From Bacillota bacterium (GTDB taxonomy: Bacteria; Bacillota; Limnochordia; DTU087), in contig JAAYQZ010000086.1 of NCBI GenBank assembly GCA_012519025.1, forward strand, positions 3,447-67,446: a DNA stretch of 64,000 nucleotides. The letters are read 5' to 3'. The first letter of the stretch is position 1; every line of letters starts with the position of its first letter. The translations under genes were made by a program, and so were the position numbers. Below are positions 8,824 through 20,087 of the stretch, piece after piece. The notes under the pieces were generated by a model that was not told where the DNA came from, did no database searches, and saw only the letters and a list, made by a program, of their open reading frames with translations.

Positions 8824-9891
8824 ATGCTGGGTGTATGGTGGTCTTTTGCCGCAGCATACGTAGGGGCAGTTGTGGGGGCGGGGTTTGCATCTGGCCAGGA
8901 ATCGCTGACTTTTTTCGTGGTTTATGGCCACAGTGGCCTGATGGGAATTATACTGGTCTCCGTGGGCTTCATGCTCATGGGCGGCTTTAGCTTCATGTTG
9001 GCACATGCTTTAGGTGATGGCTCATATCGGCGTGTTCTTGAGGTTATCTGTGGAACAGGGTGGGCGAAGTACTACGATATTGTGGTCACCTGCTTTCTTT
9101 TAGCGGGTGTTGGAGTCATGCTGGCCGGTGCTGGATCTTTGATGCAGCAGCAGTGGGGAATTCATCCTCTGGTTGGGATAATTGCTACTGCTTGTTTTAC
9201 TGGTGCAAGCTGCATAAAAGGGGCAAAAGGTGTACTTTTCGTCAATGGTCTGTTGGTTCCAGTCATTTCAGTCTGCGCCATTGTTCTTGGAGTCAATGGC
9301 TTGTTGAAAATCTGGCCTTCTATACGCGCACATGGACTGGTAGTGTTGTGGAAAAGTGCTCCGTCAGCCTTAATCCCCAATTGGTGGCTTTCCGGTTTGA
9401 TATATTTGGCGTATAATTCCATGTTGGGTATTGCTGCTTGTATACCTGTGGCAGCGACGCTGCCCTCAAGGCGTTTCGCCTTTTGGGGCGGCATGGGGGG
9501 TGGACTGCTTCTTGGAATATTACTGCTTACAGGAAGCCTAGCTTTGTGGGGCAGGGGTTCTTCTACAGCAAATTCCCCTATACCCCTTGCCTTAGTAGCT
9601 GACGGCATCCATCCCATTTTCGGCAATGTCTACGGCATTGCTATTTGGTTTGCCATGCTTACTACGGCAGTTACAAATCTATTTGCCGTTGTGCAGCGAT
9701 ATGGGTCGGGGACACAAGCAGCAACTGTGGGGATGTTTTTATCTGTTGGACTGGTTTTGTCCTTAGTAGGGTTCGGGTATTTGATTGGATTGCTTTATCC
9801 CATCTTTGGTTACTTGGGAAGCGTCTATGTAGCAAAGTCTTTGGTATATTTCAGTAAAGATATATTACGCCAAACTAACAGGAGAAAATGA
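8824..9891 (+). CDS. Polytopic membrane protein, YkvI/YyaD-like
   Basis: 355 aa with about 10 predicted TM helices. The position beside yyaC mirrors B. subtilis yyaD. Confidence 0.45.
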   Translation: MLGVWWSFAAAYVGAVVGAGFASGQESLTFFVVYGHSGLMGIILVSVGFMLMGGFSFMLAHALGDGSYRRVLEVICGTGWAKYYDIVVTCFLLAGVGVMLAGAGSLMQQQWGIHPLVGIIATACFTGASCIKGAKGVLFVNGLLVPVISVCAIVLGVNGLLKIWPSIRAHGLVVLWKSAPSALIPNWWLSGLIYLAYNSMLGIAACIPVAATLPSRRFAFWGGMGGGLLLGILLLTGSLALWGRGSSTANSPIPLALVADGIHPIFGNVYGIAIWFAMLTTAVTNLFAVVQRYGSGTQAATVGMFLSVGLVLSLVGFGYLIGLLYPIFGYLGSVYVAKSLVYFSKDILRQTNRRK

Positions 9892-9984
9892 TTCCCACCT
9901 GGATAACATATTAAGGTTACGATATAATAGGGGCAAAAATAGGGAGGAAGCGGCCGAATAACCAACTAGTAGGCTGCATTACTG

Positions 9985-10512
9985 ATGACAGAACAAAAAG
10001 CAGCAGAACTTAGACATACAGTTACCCGTTTAACAGAAATCGGTGAGCTGGAAGAGGCCAAGGAAGCGATTCAAAAATTGATCGAACTTGAAGGCCACTC
10101 GTCATTTGCATACAACAAGTTGGGTGTCATTTTTGCTAGATCGGAAGATTTGGGCCGGGCAAAGACATGTTTTGAAAATGCACTAACCATAGAGCCGGAG
10201 TCTGCTCCCGCATTGAGCAATTTGGGCAATGTTTATAGGGAAAATGGTGATCTTGATGGAGCGATTAGACTCTACAAAAGCGCAATTGAATATGATCCTG
10301 ACTATGCTACTGCTTATCACAATCTTGGTGTTGTTTACAGACAAAAAGGTGATTTCCAAAAGGCTGTTGAACACTTGAAGCAGGGAAATAAACTGCAAAG
10401 GGTAATGGCCCGCAGGGAATTAAAAGGTACATCCTTAGGGAAGAGACAACCTGTATTCTGGGTTGTACTGGCGCTTGCGGCGGCTGCCTTTTTGTATCTA
10501 TTCCGCCGCTAG
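9985..10512 (+). CDS. TPR-repeat protein with a C-terminal membrane anchor
   Basis: Repeated TPR motifs (A..N.G.VY...GD...A...Y..A...DP) and a hydrophobic C-terminus (VFWVVLALAAAAFLYLF). Confidence 0.6.
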   Translation: MTEQKAAELRHTVTRLTEIGELEEAKEAIQKLIELEGHSSFAYNKLGVIFARSEDLGRAKTCFENALTIEPESAPALSNLGNVYRENGDLDGAIRLYKSAIEYDPDYATAYHNLGVVYRQKGDFQKAVEHLKQGNKLQRVMARRELKGTSLGKRQPVFWVVLALAAAAFLYLFRR

Positions 10513-10631
10513 GACGTTTCGCCGTTGGATAAAGGCTTTACGTGTTGTTTGAACATGTGGCCTATTGCAGCAATCAAAAAACTGCATGGATGCCTGCCAT
10601 TGGATCGGCCTTTATTAGGGAGGAGAGTCAT

Positions 10632-12008
10632 ATGTATCTAGTGATCCGTCTGCGGCGCTCGGCTCTACTCGTGATTATCGCGGTCATTATGATCGGCTGT
10701 CTTTCCAGTGTAGGTTATGCTTTTGTGGCTTCATATTTGGGTGGAGACGCTATTGCCCAAGGGGTTTCCGTTGCTTCAATAAATGTCGGAGGTCTCAGTT
10801 ATCAGGAGGCTAAGGCATTTTTGGGGAAATACCTGCAGACTGTTACCGACACTCCGCTTTCCATTGTCTGTGGAGATATTGAGTGGGATGTTGTACCGGG
10901 TCAAATTGGCATTACCACTGATCTGGACAATATTCTCACTTCTGCTTTTCAAGTAGGCAGACAAGGACATTTATTGAGACGAATATCCGACTACATCCAA
11001 AGCCAAAACCATGGGTGGGAGGTACCTCACATTGTCTCAGTTGATCGGGAAAAGCTGACCTCAGTTCTTAGAAAGATTGCTCTCAGTGCCAATCTTCCTC
11101 CCATAGATGCCGGGTTTCGCATAACTTCCAGTGGTGAAGTGGAAGTTATCCCCGGAATTCCCGGTCAAAAAGTGGAGCTAGATCAGCTGCTCAATGACGT
11201 AGTAACTGCTTCAATTTCCCCCAAAAGACGTACTGTTACTGTTACCCCCGAGCTAGTGACACCGGATTTTTCTACACAAGACGCCTATGCTTTACATATT
11301 CGGAGACCTATTGCCCAGTTTGCAACCGGGTTCGATCCCCAAGATGAAAACCGAGTAGCGAACATTCGTTTGGCGGCCCAAGAGCTGCAGGAGGTCCTCA
11401 TAAGGCCCGGCGAAATATTTAGTTTCAACCGTAAGGTCGGGCCTCGGTTGGATTCTGAAGGATACAAAGCCGCCCCGGTGATTATTAATGGACAGCTTTT
11501 ACCAGGTATCGGGGGAGGAGTATGCCAAGTATCTACAACACTATATAATGCTGTGCTTTTAGCCGGACTGGATGTGATCACCCGGTCCCCCCATTCCCTT
11601 CCTATTGCTTATGTCCCTTTAGGCCGAGATGCGGCTGTTGCTTACGACTATCTGGATCTTGTTTTCCGCAATAACTCACCATATGGTTTACTGCTCAATG
11701 CCGAAGTAGAATATGAGCGGCTGATCATCAAAGTTTATTCAGATGCACCCGAGGGAAGGAAAATTGAGCTGGATTCCAGTATAGTGCGGATCCTGGAGCC
11801 TGGAATAATACGGAGATTTGATCCTTCGTTGCTTCCCGGAACAGTGGTGGAGGAGAGGAAAGGCCGGCAGGGGTATGAAGTGCAGCTGTGGCGTGTCATA
11901 AAAATCGATGACAAGGTTGTTCACCGTGAATTGATCGAGGAAAGCACCTATAGACCCCAGGACAGATTAGTCAGGCAAGGGGTAGTGCCTAAATACGATG
12001 ATGATTAG
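10632..12008 (+). CDS. VanW-family protein with an N-terminal TM segment. Start chosen at the ATG preceded by AGGGAGGAG
   Basis: VanW core GGGVCQVSTTLYNAVLLAGLD..R..H..P..YVPLGRDAAV. A G5-like domain upstream. Confidence 0.75.
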   Translation: MYLVIRLRRSALLVIIAVIMIGCLSSVGYAFVASYLGGDAIAQGVSVASINVGGLSYQEAKAFLGKYLQTVTDTPLSIVCGDIEWDVVPGQIGITTDLDNILTSAFQVGRQGHLLRRISDYIQSQNHGWEVPHIVSVDREKLTSVLRKIALSANLPPIDAGFRITSSGEVEVIPGIPGQKVELDQLLNDVVTASISPKRRTVTVTPELVTPDFSTQDAYALHIRRPIAQFATGFDPQDENRVANIRLAAQELQEVLIRPGEIFSFNRKVGPRLDSEGYKAAPVIINGQLLPGIGGGVCQVSTTLYNAVLLAGLDVITRSPHSLPIAYVPLGRDAAVAYDYLDLVFRNNSPYGLLLNAEVEYERLIIKVYSDAPEGRKIELDSSIVRILEPGIIRRFDPSLLPGTVVEERKGRQGYEVQLWRVIKIDDKVVHRELIEESTYRPQDRLVRQGVVPKYDDD

Positions 12009-12117
12009 CTTTTAGGGTGGTGGAAAGAGGGTTTTCCAGCACGAAAGAGAAACTAAAATGAAGAAATTACCTAGATACAATAAAATACCTGTCGGGGCCC
12101 CAGGAGGCGATAAAATC

Positions 12118-13035
12118 ATGGCAAGATATGCATATTTCGAAAAGGACTTTGTCCCCTTGGAAGATGCGAAAATAAATGTGATGACCCACGCTTTTCTTTA
12201 CGGAACTGCTTGTTTTGAGGGAATTAGGGCTTATTGGTCTGAAGAAGAAGAACAGCTTTTTGTGTTTCGCATGAAAGAGCATTACGAACGGATTATACAA
12301 TCATGCAAGATACTGCGGATTGACCCAAAGTACAGCGTTGATGAGCTTTGCGAAATCACCCTTGAGCTTTTGCGCCGCAACGGTGATCGTCAGGATGTCT
12401 ATATCAGGCCTGTATTTTATAAATCAACCCATGCTATTGGAGTCAAACTGGATGGTCTAGATGATGGTTTTTTGGTTTTCGCTATTCCTTTTGGCGATTA
12501 CTTAGATATGGATAGGGGTCTTAAAGCCCGAGTATCATCTTGGCGCCATCTTGAGGATAATATGATTCCTATGCGGGCGAAAATCAACGGTGCCTATGTT
12601 AATGCTGCTTTGGCAAAAGACGAGGCCCTACAAGATGGATATGATGAGGCCATTTTTCTGGCTTCTGATGGCCATGTATCAGAAGGTAGTGCAGAGAATT
12701 TATTTATCGTTAGGAACGGAAAACTGATTACCACCACTGTTACTGCAGACATTCTCGAGGGGATTACCAGAAATACCGTAATGCAGATTGCCCTTGAGGA
12801 ACTTGATATCCCTGTAGTGGAAAGACCTATAGATCGAACAGAGCTGTATGTAGCCGATGAAGCCTTTTTCGTTGGCACCGGGGCTCAAGTTTGCCCAATT
12901 GCAGAGATCGATCATCGTCCCATTGGGGACGGAAGCATTGGGCCTATAAGCCGCCAAATTCAAAACTACTATTTCGATGTGGTGCTAGGAAAAGTGGACA
13001 AGTACCGCACTTGGTGTGCAGAGGTGTATGTGTAG
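12118..13035 (+). CDS. ilvE: Branched-chain amino acid aminotransferase (fold-type IV PLP enzyme). ATG at 12118 follows a GGAGG
   Basis: Class IV aminotransferase motifs (FEGIRAY, EGSAENLFIV, TR..V..A). About 305 aa. Confidence 0.7.
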   Translation: MARYAYFEKDFVPLEDAKINVMTHAFLYGTACFEGIRAYWSEEEEQLFVFRMKEHYERIIQSCKILRIDPKYSVDELCEITLELLRRNGDRQDVYIRPVFYKSTHAIGVKLDGLDDGFLVFAIPFGDYLDMDRGLKARVSSWRHLEDNMIPMRAKINGAYVNAALAKDEALQDGYDEAIFLASDGHVSEGSAENLFIVRNGKLITTTVTADILEGITRNTVMQIALEELDIPVVERPIDRTELYVADEAFFVGTGAQVCPIAEIDHRPIGDGSIGPISRQIQNYYFDVVLGKVDKYRTWCAEVYV

Positions 13036-13043
13036 GTTGGTTA

Positions 13044-13084
13044 GGGGGGCTAACTTGCTGCAATGGTCAAGTTAAGCCCCATTT
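13044..13084 (+). terminator. Hairpin after ilvE, a possible weak terminator
   Basis: GGGGCTAACTTG ... CAAGTTAAGCCCC stem of about 12 bp with one bulge. The U-tract is poor (ATTT). Confidence 0.35.
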
Positions 13085-13330
13085 CGAGGTCAAATGCGAA
13101 GAACAGCTTTTAACGGTTCCGACGCTTCCAGATCAAAAGTACAGTACGCTTTCTACGCTTTAGCAAAGGATTTAATACCAATTGCAGCACGCGGCACATA
13201 TGTCCACCCTTCTTTCTAAGCCTATATCATGATCCGCAAAGTGGGGTATGACATAGTTTTATTCCTGTACTAGGATATGGGTGGGAGCATTAAGGTGTGT
13301 CAGAACACAGACTATAGGGGGAGTTAGGCG

Positions 13331-14431
13331 ATGGCGGGTAAAACAACGCCCCTTGCCGCTAATCATAGGGCTTTGGGAGCACGCTTTACTGAATTTGGTG
13401 GTTGGCAAATGCCCGTGCAGTATACGGGTGTGGTAGCGGAGCATCTAGCTGTACGTCAGGCCTGTGGGTTGTTTGACGTATCACACATGGGAGAAGTTGA
13501 AGTTAGAGGGCCAAAAGCACTGGACTTTGTGCAGTGGGTTTTAACGAATGATGTGATTAAGGCGGCTCCGGGGAGAGTACAATACAACCTCTTATGTACC
13601 CATGAAGGCGGTATTATCGACGATCTATTGGTTTACCGGCATGAAGATTACGTAACTTTGGTTTTGAATGCATCAAACACGGAAAAGGATCTTAAATGGT
13701 TGATGGCACTGGCCCAAGAAGCGCCCCACAGCGGGCAGGTTGAACTCCTCAACATAGGCACTCAAAGGGCAATCTTGGCAATACAGGGGCCGCAAGCATC
13801 TGCTGCTATGGAGGCAGTGGGATTGGATGTTTCTGATCTGCCCTATATGGGATTCAAGCAACTTGGAAAAGACGGGGAAATCATCATTTCCAGAACCGGC
13901 TATACAGGGGAGCTCGGTTATGAGCTTTATATTCCTGCTTCTGGGGCCAGTGACTGGTGGGATAAATTTGCTGCATTGGAAGGGGAGATAACCGTCTCAC
14001 CTGCGGGACTTGCCGCCCGGGACACTCTGCGACTGGAGATGGGATACACACTTTATGGTAATGATATTGACGAAACTACAAACCCGTGGGAGGCAGGTAT
14101 TGGCTGGGCTGTTAAAATGAACAAAGGAAATTTCATTGGCAAAGACGCACTAACTGAATTGAAGGGGAAGTCCCGGCGCAGCTTGGTTGGTTTCACGGTG
14201 GAAGGAAGGGGCATTGCTCGGTCCGGCTATGAGATTTTGGTCGACGGTACACCTGTAGGGGAAGTCACCAGTGGTTCTATTTCCCCCTCACTCAATGTTG
14301 GTGTAGGCTTGGCTTATATTGAAACCGACAGCTGCAGCGAAGGCGATTTGGTTGACATATTAGTTAGGGGCAAACCTGTTCAGGCAAGGATTGCCACCCC
14401 ACCGTTTGTTCCGTCCCGGGTTAGGGATTAA
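13331..14431 (+). CDS. gcvT: Glycine cleavage system T protein (aminomethyltransferase)
   Basis: 366 aa with GcvT motifs ([18 protein letters not shown]). First gene of the gcvT-H-PA-PB cluster. Confidence 0.92.
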   Translation: MAGKTTPLAANHRALGARFTEFGGWQMPVQYTGVVAEHLAVRQACGLFDVSHMGEVEVRGPKALDFVQWVLTNDVIKAAPGRVQYNLLCTHEGGIIDDLLVYRHEDYVTLVLNASNTEKDLKWLMALAQEAPHSGQVELLNIGTQRAILAIQGPQASAAMEAVGLDVSDLPYMGFKQLGKDGEIIISRTGYTGELGYELYIPASGASDWWDKFAALEGEITVSPAGLAARDTLRLEMGYTLYGNDIDETTNPWEAGIGWAVKMNKGNFIGKDALTELKGKSRRSLVGFTVEGRGIARSGYEILVDGTPVGEVTSGSISPSLNVGVGLAYIETDSCSEGDLVDILVRGKPVQARIATPPFVPSRVRD

Positions 14432-14489
14432 GTAACAAATTAACGGAGTCATTGACTCAAGATGACAAGACTACGAGGAGGACATCATT

Positions 14490-14870
14490 ATGAAAATACC
14501 AAGCGATCTGCGTTATTGCGAAACTCATGAATGGGCAAAGACCGAGGCTGAGCATGTGATGGTTGGTGTAACCGAGTTCGCCCAAGATGAAATGGGAGAT
14601 ATAGTATTTGTCGAACTGCCGGTTGTCGGCTCCGAATATAAGAAGGGTGAAAGCATGGCTGTGATCGAATCGGTCAAAGCTGTGTCCGATATTTACGCAC
14701 CTATCAGTGGCACTGTTGTGGAAGTAAACGAGTCCCTCAATGATCAACCGGAACTGATCAATGAGGATTGCTATGGTGAGGGATGGATGTTCAAAATAGC
14801 TTCTTCCAACGCAGAAGAGCTCGAAACTCTCATGAATGCAGCCGAATATGAGGCCCACACAGACGCTTAA
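14490..14870 (+). CDS. gcvH: Glycine cleavage system H protein
   Basis: 126 aa. Lipoyl-lysine motif ESVKAVSD. Confidence 0.92.
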   Translation: MKIPSDLRYCETHEWAKTEAEHVMVGVTEFAQDEMGDIVFVELPVVGSEYKKGESMAVIESVKAVSDIYAPISGTVVEVNESLNDQPELINEDCYGEGWMFKIASSNAEELETLMNAAEYEAHTDA

Positions 14871-14933
14871 GTCCTTGATGGATGGTCTGACAGAACTGAA
14901 GAAGCAATGTGTCGGTAAGGAGCGAAAGAGTTT

Positions 14934-16286
14934 ATGGGTCACCCTTATTTATCTTTAACCGATGAAGAACGGCTGCAAATGCTGTCGGATGTCGGTGTAG
15001 GTTCTGTTGATGAACTTTTTGTCGATATTCCCTCGGAGATCTTGTTAAAAAACGACCTGGAAATGCCTGAAGGCCTCAGTGAGAGTGAACTATGGGCTCA
15101 CGGCCGCATGCTTGCGGAACGAAATATGTCCCTTGACAGCAACCCGTCATTTCTCGGTGCAGGTGTTTACCAGCATCTTATACCCAGTGCGGTTAAACAC
15201 GTTGCAAACAGATCTGAATTTGTCACTGCTTATACTCCATATCAAGCGGAGATTAGCCAGGGTGTTCTACAGGCTATTTTCGAATACCAAACATTAATCT
15301 GCCAGCTTACAGGCATGGATGTGGCTAATGCTTCTTTATACGATGGGGCAACGGGTTTGGCAGAAGCCGCCTTGATGGCAGTAGCCACAACGAGAGGTAA
15401 ACGCGTGGTAACATTCGAAAGCCTGCATCCGGATTATTTGGCTGTTTTGGCGACTTATCTTCGGGCCGTAGATACAGAATTAGTTGTATTACCTGCTAAA
15501 GATGGTTTGGCTGATATTGAGTCCCTGAAGCCGTTTTTGAATGAAGAAACAGCAGCAGTTATGGTGCAGCAGCCAAACTTTTTTGGTTTATTAGAACCGG
15601 TGGATGCATTGGGCGACCTGCTCAAAGAAAGCCCCAGCCTTTTTGTAGCCAGTGTTAATCCTATATCATTGGGAATCCTGCAGGCCCCATCTGCTTATGG
15701 TGCCGATATTGTTGTTGGTGAAGGCCAACCATTGGGAAATCCATTGGCTTTTGGTGGTCCAAGCTTTGGTTTCATGGCTGTTTTGGACAAGTACATCCGT
15801 CGTATGCCCGGTCGCATTGTTGGTCAAACAGCAGATAAAAACGGTAACCGCGGGTTCGTATTGACTTTACAAACCCGGGAACAGCACATTCGCAGACACC
15901 GAGCCACATCGAATATCTGTACAAATGCTGCTCATTCGGCTTTAATCGGGGCTGTATATTTAGCTGTTTTGGGTAAACAGGGTTTGACTGAGGTAGCCAC
16001 ACAATGTGCGCAAAAAGCCCATTATACTGCGGAGCAGATCAGCGCTATTCCTGGATGGGAACTCGTATTCTCAGGGTCCTTCTTCCATGAGTTTGTGGTA
16101 AAAGCCCCTATCTGTGCAATTGAGGTTGAACGGGCTTTATTGAAAGAAGGTATTGTCGGTGGTTTACCGCTGTCAAAAGTCTATGACGACAAAAAATGGG
16201 AAAACACAATGTTGTTTTGTGTAACTGAGGCTCGCACGGCACGAGAAATCGAGCATCTCCTTCAGGTACTCAGGGAGGTGAAATAA
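14934..16286 (+). CDS. gcvPA: Glycine dehydrogenase (decarboxylating) subunit 1
   Basis: 450 aa. Follows the two-subunit P-protein architecture of Firmicutes. Confidence 0.9.
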   Translation: MGHPYLSLTDEERLQMLSDVGVGSVDELFVDIPSEILLKNDLEMPEGLSESELWAHGRMLAERNMSLDSNPSFLGAGVYQHLIPSAVKHVANRSEFVTAYTPYQAEISQGVLQAIFEYQTLICQLTGMDVANASLYDGATGLAEAALMAVATTRGKRVVTFESLHPDYLAVLATYLRAVDTELVVLPAKDGLADIESLKPFLNEETAAVMVQQPNFFGLLEPVDALGDLLKESPSLFVASVNPISLGILQAPSAYGADIVVGEGQPLGNPLAFGGPSFGFMAVLDKYIRRMPGRIVGQTADKNGNRGFVLTLQTREQHIRRHRATSNICTNAAHSALIGAVYLAVLGKQGLTEVATQCAQKAHYTAEQISAIPGWELVFSGSFFHEFVVKAPICAIEVERALLKEGIVGGLPLSKVYDDKKWENTMLFCVTEARTAREIEHLLQVLREVK

Positions 16287-17764
16287 TGGCTGTAAACCAG
16301 CAAATCCCACTATTAATGGAATTGGGTTCTCCGGGCAGGCGAGCATATTATCTGCCCAAACTTGATATACCCTCAAAACCGGTAGACGAAATTATTCCGA
16401 AAAACCTCATCCGCGAAGAACCGGCTTCCTTACCGGAGCTTAGTGAACTGGAAGCAGTCAGACATTACACCGGACTGTCTAGACGCAACCACGGTGTAGA
16501 TGTTGGTTTTTACCCATTAGGTTCTTGTACAATGAAATACAACCCTAAAATAAATGAGGATTTGGCATCCCTACCGGGCTTAGCAGAGATTCATCCTTAC
16601 CAGCCGGAAGAAACCGTGCAAGGAGCCTTGCAGCTTATGTATGAGCTGGAACAGGATTTGTGTGAGATCGCGGGATTAGATCGTGCGACTTTAAGTCCTG
16701 CCGCGGGTGCACATGGTGAGCTCACAGGCTTGATGCTTATTAAAGCCTATCATGAGGCCGGGGGAGAGGGTCATCGCGATGAGATCATTGTCCCAGACGC
16801 TGCCCATGGTACAAACCCCGCAAGTGCGGCGATGTGTGGGTATAAGATAGTTGAGGTCCCCTCTGACGAACGTGGAGGGGTCAGCGTTGAACACCTAAGG
16901 CAAGTCGTGGGACCTAATACAGCAGGCTTAATGCTGACCAACCCCAATACTTTGGGATTATTTGATGAGAATATCCTGACGATCACTGAATTGGTGCACG
17001 ATGCCGGTGGGTTGAATTACTATGATGGTGCCAATGCCAACGCTATTTTAGGCAAATGCCGAGCCGGAGACATGGGTTTTGATGTGGTTCATTTCAACCT
17101 GCATAAAACCTTCTCTACACCCCACGGTGGCGGTGGGCCCGGTTCTGGCCCTATTGCTGTTCGTGACATCTTAGTGCCCTTTTTACCCACTCCCACTGTG
17201 GAAAAAGATAGTGAAGATTGCTTTGTGCTGCAGCATAACCGGTCGAAATCCATTGGTAAGGTCAAGGGATTTTACGGCAATTTCTTGGTGTTGGTCCGAG
17301 CCTATGGATATATGCGCACCATGGGTCCAAAAGGTTTGAAACGGGCCAGTGAAGATGCCGTTTTGTCCGCCAATTATATTATGGAACGGCTTAAGGATGT
17401 TTATAATCTGCCATATGATCGAGTTTGCATGCACGAATTTGTTTTATCGGCTGTTATGCAGAAAAAGCATGGTGTAACTGCACAGGACATAGCCAAACGT
17501 CTGTTGGACTACAATATCCACGCACCAACTGTCTACTTCCCAATGATTGTGGAAGAAGCTTTGATGATTGAACCGACAGAAACGGAGACCAAAGCGGAAC
17601 TTGATGCATTTATAGAAGTTATGCGGAATATAGCGGCAGAAGTATTGGAATCACCTGAAAAACTGCAGCAAGCCCCTTATCACACGGTGATCGGGAGATT
17701 AGACGAAACCCAAGCTGCACGAAGGCCTATAGTCCGTTGGCAGGCTGCCGAAACCGAGGAGTGA
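16286..17764 (+). CDS. gcvPB: Glycine dehydrogenase (decarboxylating) subunit 2, PLP-binding
   Basis: 492 aa. PLP-lysine region [18 protein letters not shown]. Start overlaps the gcvPA stop (TAATGG). Confidence 0.9.
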   Translation: MAVNQQIPLLMELGSPGRRAYYLPKLDIPSKPVDEIIPKNLIREEPASLPELSELEAVRHYTGLSRRNHGVDVGFYPLGSCTMKYNPKINEDLASLPGLAEIHPYQPEETVQGALQLMYELEQDLCEIAGLDRATLSPAAGAHGELTGLMLIKAYHEAGGEGHRDEIIVPDAAHGTNPASAAMCGYKIVEVPSDERGGVSVEHLRQVVGPNTAGLMLTNPNTLGLFDENILTITELVHDAGGLNYYDGANANAILGKCRAGDMGFDVVHFNLHKTFSTPHGGGGPGSGPIAVRDILVPFLPTPTVEKDSEDCFVLQHNRSKSIGKVKGFYGNFLVLVRAYGYMRTMGPKGLKRASEDAVLSANYIMERLKDVYNLPYDRVCMHEFVLSAVMQKKHGVTAQDIAKRLLDYNIHAPTVYFPMIVEEALMIEPTETETKAELDAFIEVMRNIAAEVLESPEKLQQAPYHTVIGRLDETQAARRPIVRWQAAETEE

Positions 17765-17771
17765 GATCCAT

Positions 17772-18665
17772 ATGGAAAGGGCGGGGTTAAGCCAACGCAT
17801 GGTTGTTGGCTACCTGGGTCCCCCGGGAACTTTTTCGGAACAGGCGGCTTTGGTGTACAAACGGAAATTTGTTGTTCAAGCCGTTTCGTCCATGGAGGTA
17901 AAACTAGAACCCATGGACAGTATTCTCTCGCTGATTTTAGCGGCTGACAAAGGGACACTGGATAAAGCAGTTGTCCCTTTGGAAAATTCACTGGAAGGTT
18001 CAATAGCCTTGACGCTTGATATGTTGGCCCATGAGGTGACGGTTAGAATCACCAACGAGATCATTGTGCCTGTTCGCCATAATCTTCTGGTAAAACGGGA
18101 TATACCCTTAGTGGATATCAAGGAGGTAATCAGCCATACGCAGGCTTTAGGCCAATGCAGTGCCTTCTTGAGGAAACACTTACCTCAAGCGAAACTGACG
18201 GCAGTCAATTCAACGGCAGAAGCCGCTCAAATCGTAGCAGCGACTAAAACCAACGAGATTGCTGCTATTGGTACAGAAGTTGCGGCAGCAGTATACGGTG
18301 TTTCTGTCTTAGTTGGGAATATTCAAGATAACAGCACCAATGTGACTCGCTTTTGTGTACTGTCAGCGACTGATGCGGAAGCCACCGGTGATGATAAAAC
18401 CTCTTTAGTGTTTTCACCTAAACAGAATCGGGCGGGCATATTGTACGAACTGTTGTACGCGTTTGCGAATCGTAAAATCGATCTAACCAGAATCGAATCA
18501 CGGCCCGCCAAACGCATATTGGGGGAATATCTTTTCTTCATAGATATAGCAGGCCATCGCACTGAACCGGCAGTAGCAGCGGCCCTGCAGGAGGTAAACG
18601 CAGCCAGCAGTTTCTTTAGATTACTAGGTTCCTATCCCCGCTGGAGAGACGATAAGGGGGAATGA
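17772..18665 (+). CDS. pheA: Prephenate dehydratase with C-terminal ACT domain. ATG at 17799 is an alternative start
   Basis: TRF and ESRP signature motifs (TRFCVLS, ESRPAKR) and an ACT domain. Begins 7 nt after gcvPB. Confidence 0.8.
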   Translation: MERAGLSQRMVVGYLGPPGTFSEQAALVYKRKFVVQAVSSMEVKLEPMDSILSLILAADKGTLDKAVVPLENSLEGSIALTLDMLAHEVTVRITNEIIVPVRHNLLVKRDIPLVDIKEVISHTQALGQCSAFLRKHLPQAKLTAVNSTAEAAQIVAATKTNEIAAIGTEVAAAVYGVSVLVGNIQDNSTNVTRFCVLSATDAEATGDDKTSLVFSPKQNRAGILYELLYAFANRKIDLTRIESRPAKRILGEYLFFIDIAGHRTEPAVAAALQEVNAASSFFRLLGSYPRWRDDKGE

Positions 18666-18669
18666 GTCT

Positions 18670-18861
18670 ATGATTCCGGTATACAAAATAGGAGATATTG
18701 TACAGCTGAGAAAAGCCCACGCTTGCGGAGGTGACCGATGGGAGGTCCTGCGGATAGGCATGGATTTTCGCATCAAATGCCTAAATTGTGGTCGAGTTAT
18801 TATGGTATCTCGGCGGAAATTTGAACGACAGGTGAAAGCAGTCGTCCAGGAGGGTATATAA
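18670..18861 (+). CDS. DUF951 family small protein (YyzM-like)
   Basis: 63 aa with a CxxC..C motif. The conserved position just upstream of ychF matches B. subtilis yyzM. Confidence 0.55.
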   Translation: MIPVYKIGDIVQLRKAHACGGDRWEVLRIGMDFRIKCLNCGRVIMVSRRKFERQVKAVVQEGI

Positions 18862-19983
18862 TTGTATTCTATGGGCATTATCGGACTTCCCAATGTAGGC
18901 AAATCAACATTGTTTAATGCACTTACCCAAGCCGCTGCTGCTGCCTTCAATTATCCTTTTTGTACAATTGAACCCAATATTGGAATTGTGGCTGTCCCTG
19001 ATGCAAGATTCGACAGCGTGGTGGCTGCGGTACAGTCGGAGAAGGTTACACCTGCTGCCATTCAATTCGTAGATATTGCAGGTCTTGTAAGAGGTGCCAG
19101 CAAAGGCGAAGGATTGGGCAATCAATTCCTTGCACATATCCGAGAAGTTGATGCTTTGATCCATGTAGTTCGATGTTTTCCGGATGAAAATGTAAGCCAT
19201 GTCGAGGGTGCGGAACTAGATCCGGTCCGTGATATAGATATTGTTCAAACGGAGCTTTTGCTTGCGGATATCCAAAGGCTGGAGAACATGACTGAGAGGC
19301 TGACTCGTCTTCAAAAAACTGGTGAGACAAAGTATAAGGACGAGTTGCGGCTTGTGCAGGATGTAATGGAGCAGCTAAACAATGGTCGCCCGGCCCGAAA
19401 CATGTCTTTTACTGAGAGCCAAAAAAAATTGGTGGATAGTTGGCTTTTATTGACTTCCCTGCCGATGCTCTACTGTGCCAATGTGACACCGGAACAGTTT
19501 TTGGAGATCCAGAATGCCGAAGAACACAGACACCTTGATTCTCCTTATGCTGAGGTTCTAGATCTAAGCAGTGAAGAAGGGGCCGGGTGTATTGCCATCG
19601 CGGCTCAACTTGAGGCCGAACTGCAGGAATTAGATGAAGAAGAACGTCAGGAGTTTCTGACAGAGCTCGGGTTTCCTACTTCCGGTCTTTTGCGCCTGAT
19701 ACGAGCCTCTTACAGACAGTTGGATCTTGTCACATTTTATACAATCAAAGGACCTGAAACCCGGGCCTGGATAATACCCCGGGGAACAACTGCTCCCAAA
19801 GCCGCCGGCCGTATTCACAGTGATATGGAAAGAGGGTTTATCAGAGCAGAAGTGCTTGAAGCGGGGAGTTTAGTTGAATTGGGTTCTTTCAGTAAAGCCA
19901 GAGAAGAAGGAGTGCTCCGGTCGGAGGGTAAAGATTATCTAGTGCAAGACGGAGATGTCATGCTAATTAGGTTTAATGTTTGA
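18862..19983 (+). CDS. ychF: Ribosome-binding ATPase YchF
   Basis: G1 motif GIIGLPNVGKSTLFNALT and a C-terminal TGS domain. About 366 aa. Confidence 0.92.
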   Translation: MYSMGIIGLPNVGKSTLFNALTQAAAAAFNYPFCTIEPNIGIVAVPDARFDSVVAAVQSEKVTPAAIQFVDIAGLVRGASKGEGLGNQFLAHIREVDALIHVVRCFPDENVSHVEGAELDPVRDIDIVQTELLLADIQRLENMTERLTRLQKTGETKYKDELRLVQDVMEQLNNGRPARNMSFTESQKKLVDSWLLLTSLPMLYCANVTPEQFLEIQNAEEHRHLDSPYAEVLDLSSEEGAGCIAIAAQLEAELQELDEEERQEFLTELGFPTSGLLRLIRASYRQLDLVTFYTIKGPETRAWIIPRGTTAPKAAGRIHSDMERGFIRAEVLEAGSLVELGSFSKAREEGVLRSEGKDYLVQDGDVMLIRFNV

Positions 19984-19995
19984 GTGTGGTCTTTG

Positions 19996-20024
19996 TTGCA
20001 AGTAAGATAAGCCGGTGGTATAAT
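19996..20024 (+). promoter_or_regulatory. SigA-type promoter for the rpsF-ssb-rpsR operon
   Basis: TTGCAA(19996-20001), a 17-nt spacer, then extended -10 TGgTATAAT (20016-20024). Confidence 0.5.
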
Positions 20025-20087
20025 GACACTGGTTATCCCTGCTCCAGGCGCGACCTGGGGCCATGTCCATGGGGAGGAGGTGAAGCT

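Noticed and set aside
8754-8990. 78-aa plus-strand ORF upstream of and overlapping the membrane-protein gene
   Set aside because: It is in a different frame from the long membrane-protein ORF and sits within the divergent promoter region, so it is probably not coding.
13036-13330. Looked for a tandem glycine riboswitch or a T-box upstream of gcvT
   Set aside because: The conserved GGAGAG / ACCGAAGGGGCAA riboswitch cores and the T-box AGGGTGGNACCGCG motif are both absent by eye. An Infernal scan would still be needed to be certain.
17511-17519. DnaA-box-like ATATCCACG inside gcvPB
   Set aside because: It is a single 7-of-9 match inside a coding region. oriC is expected upstream of the window (beyond mnmG), not here.
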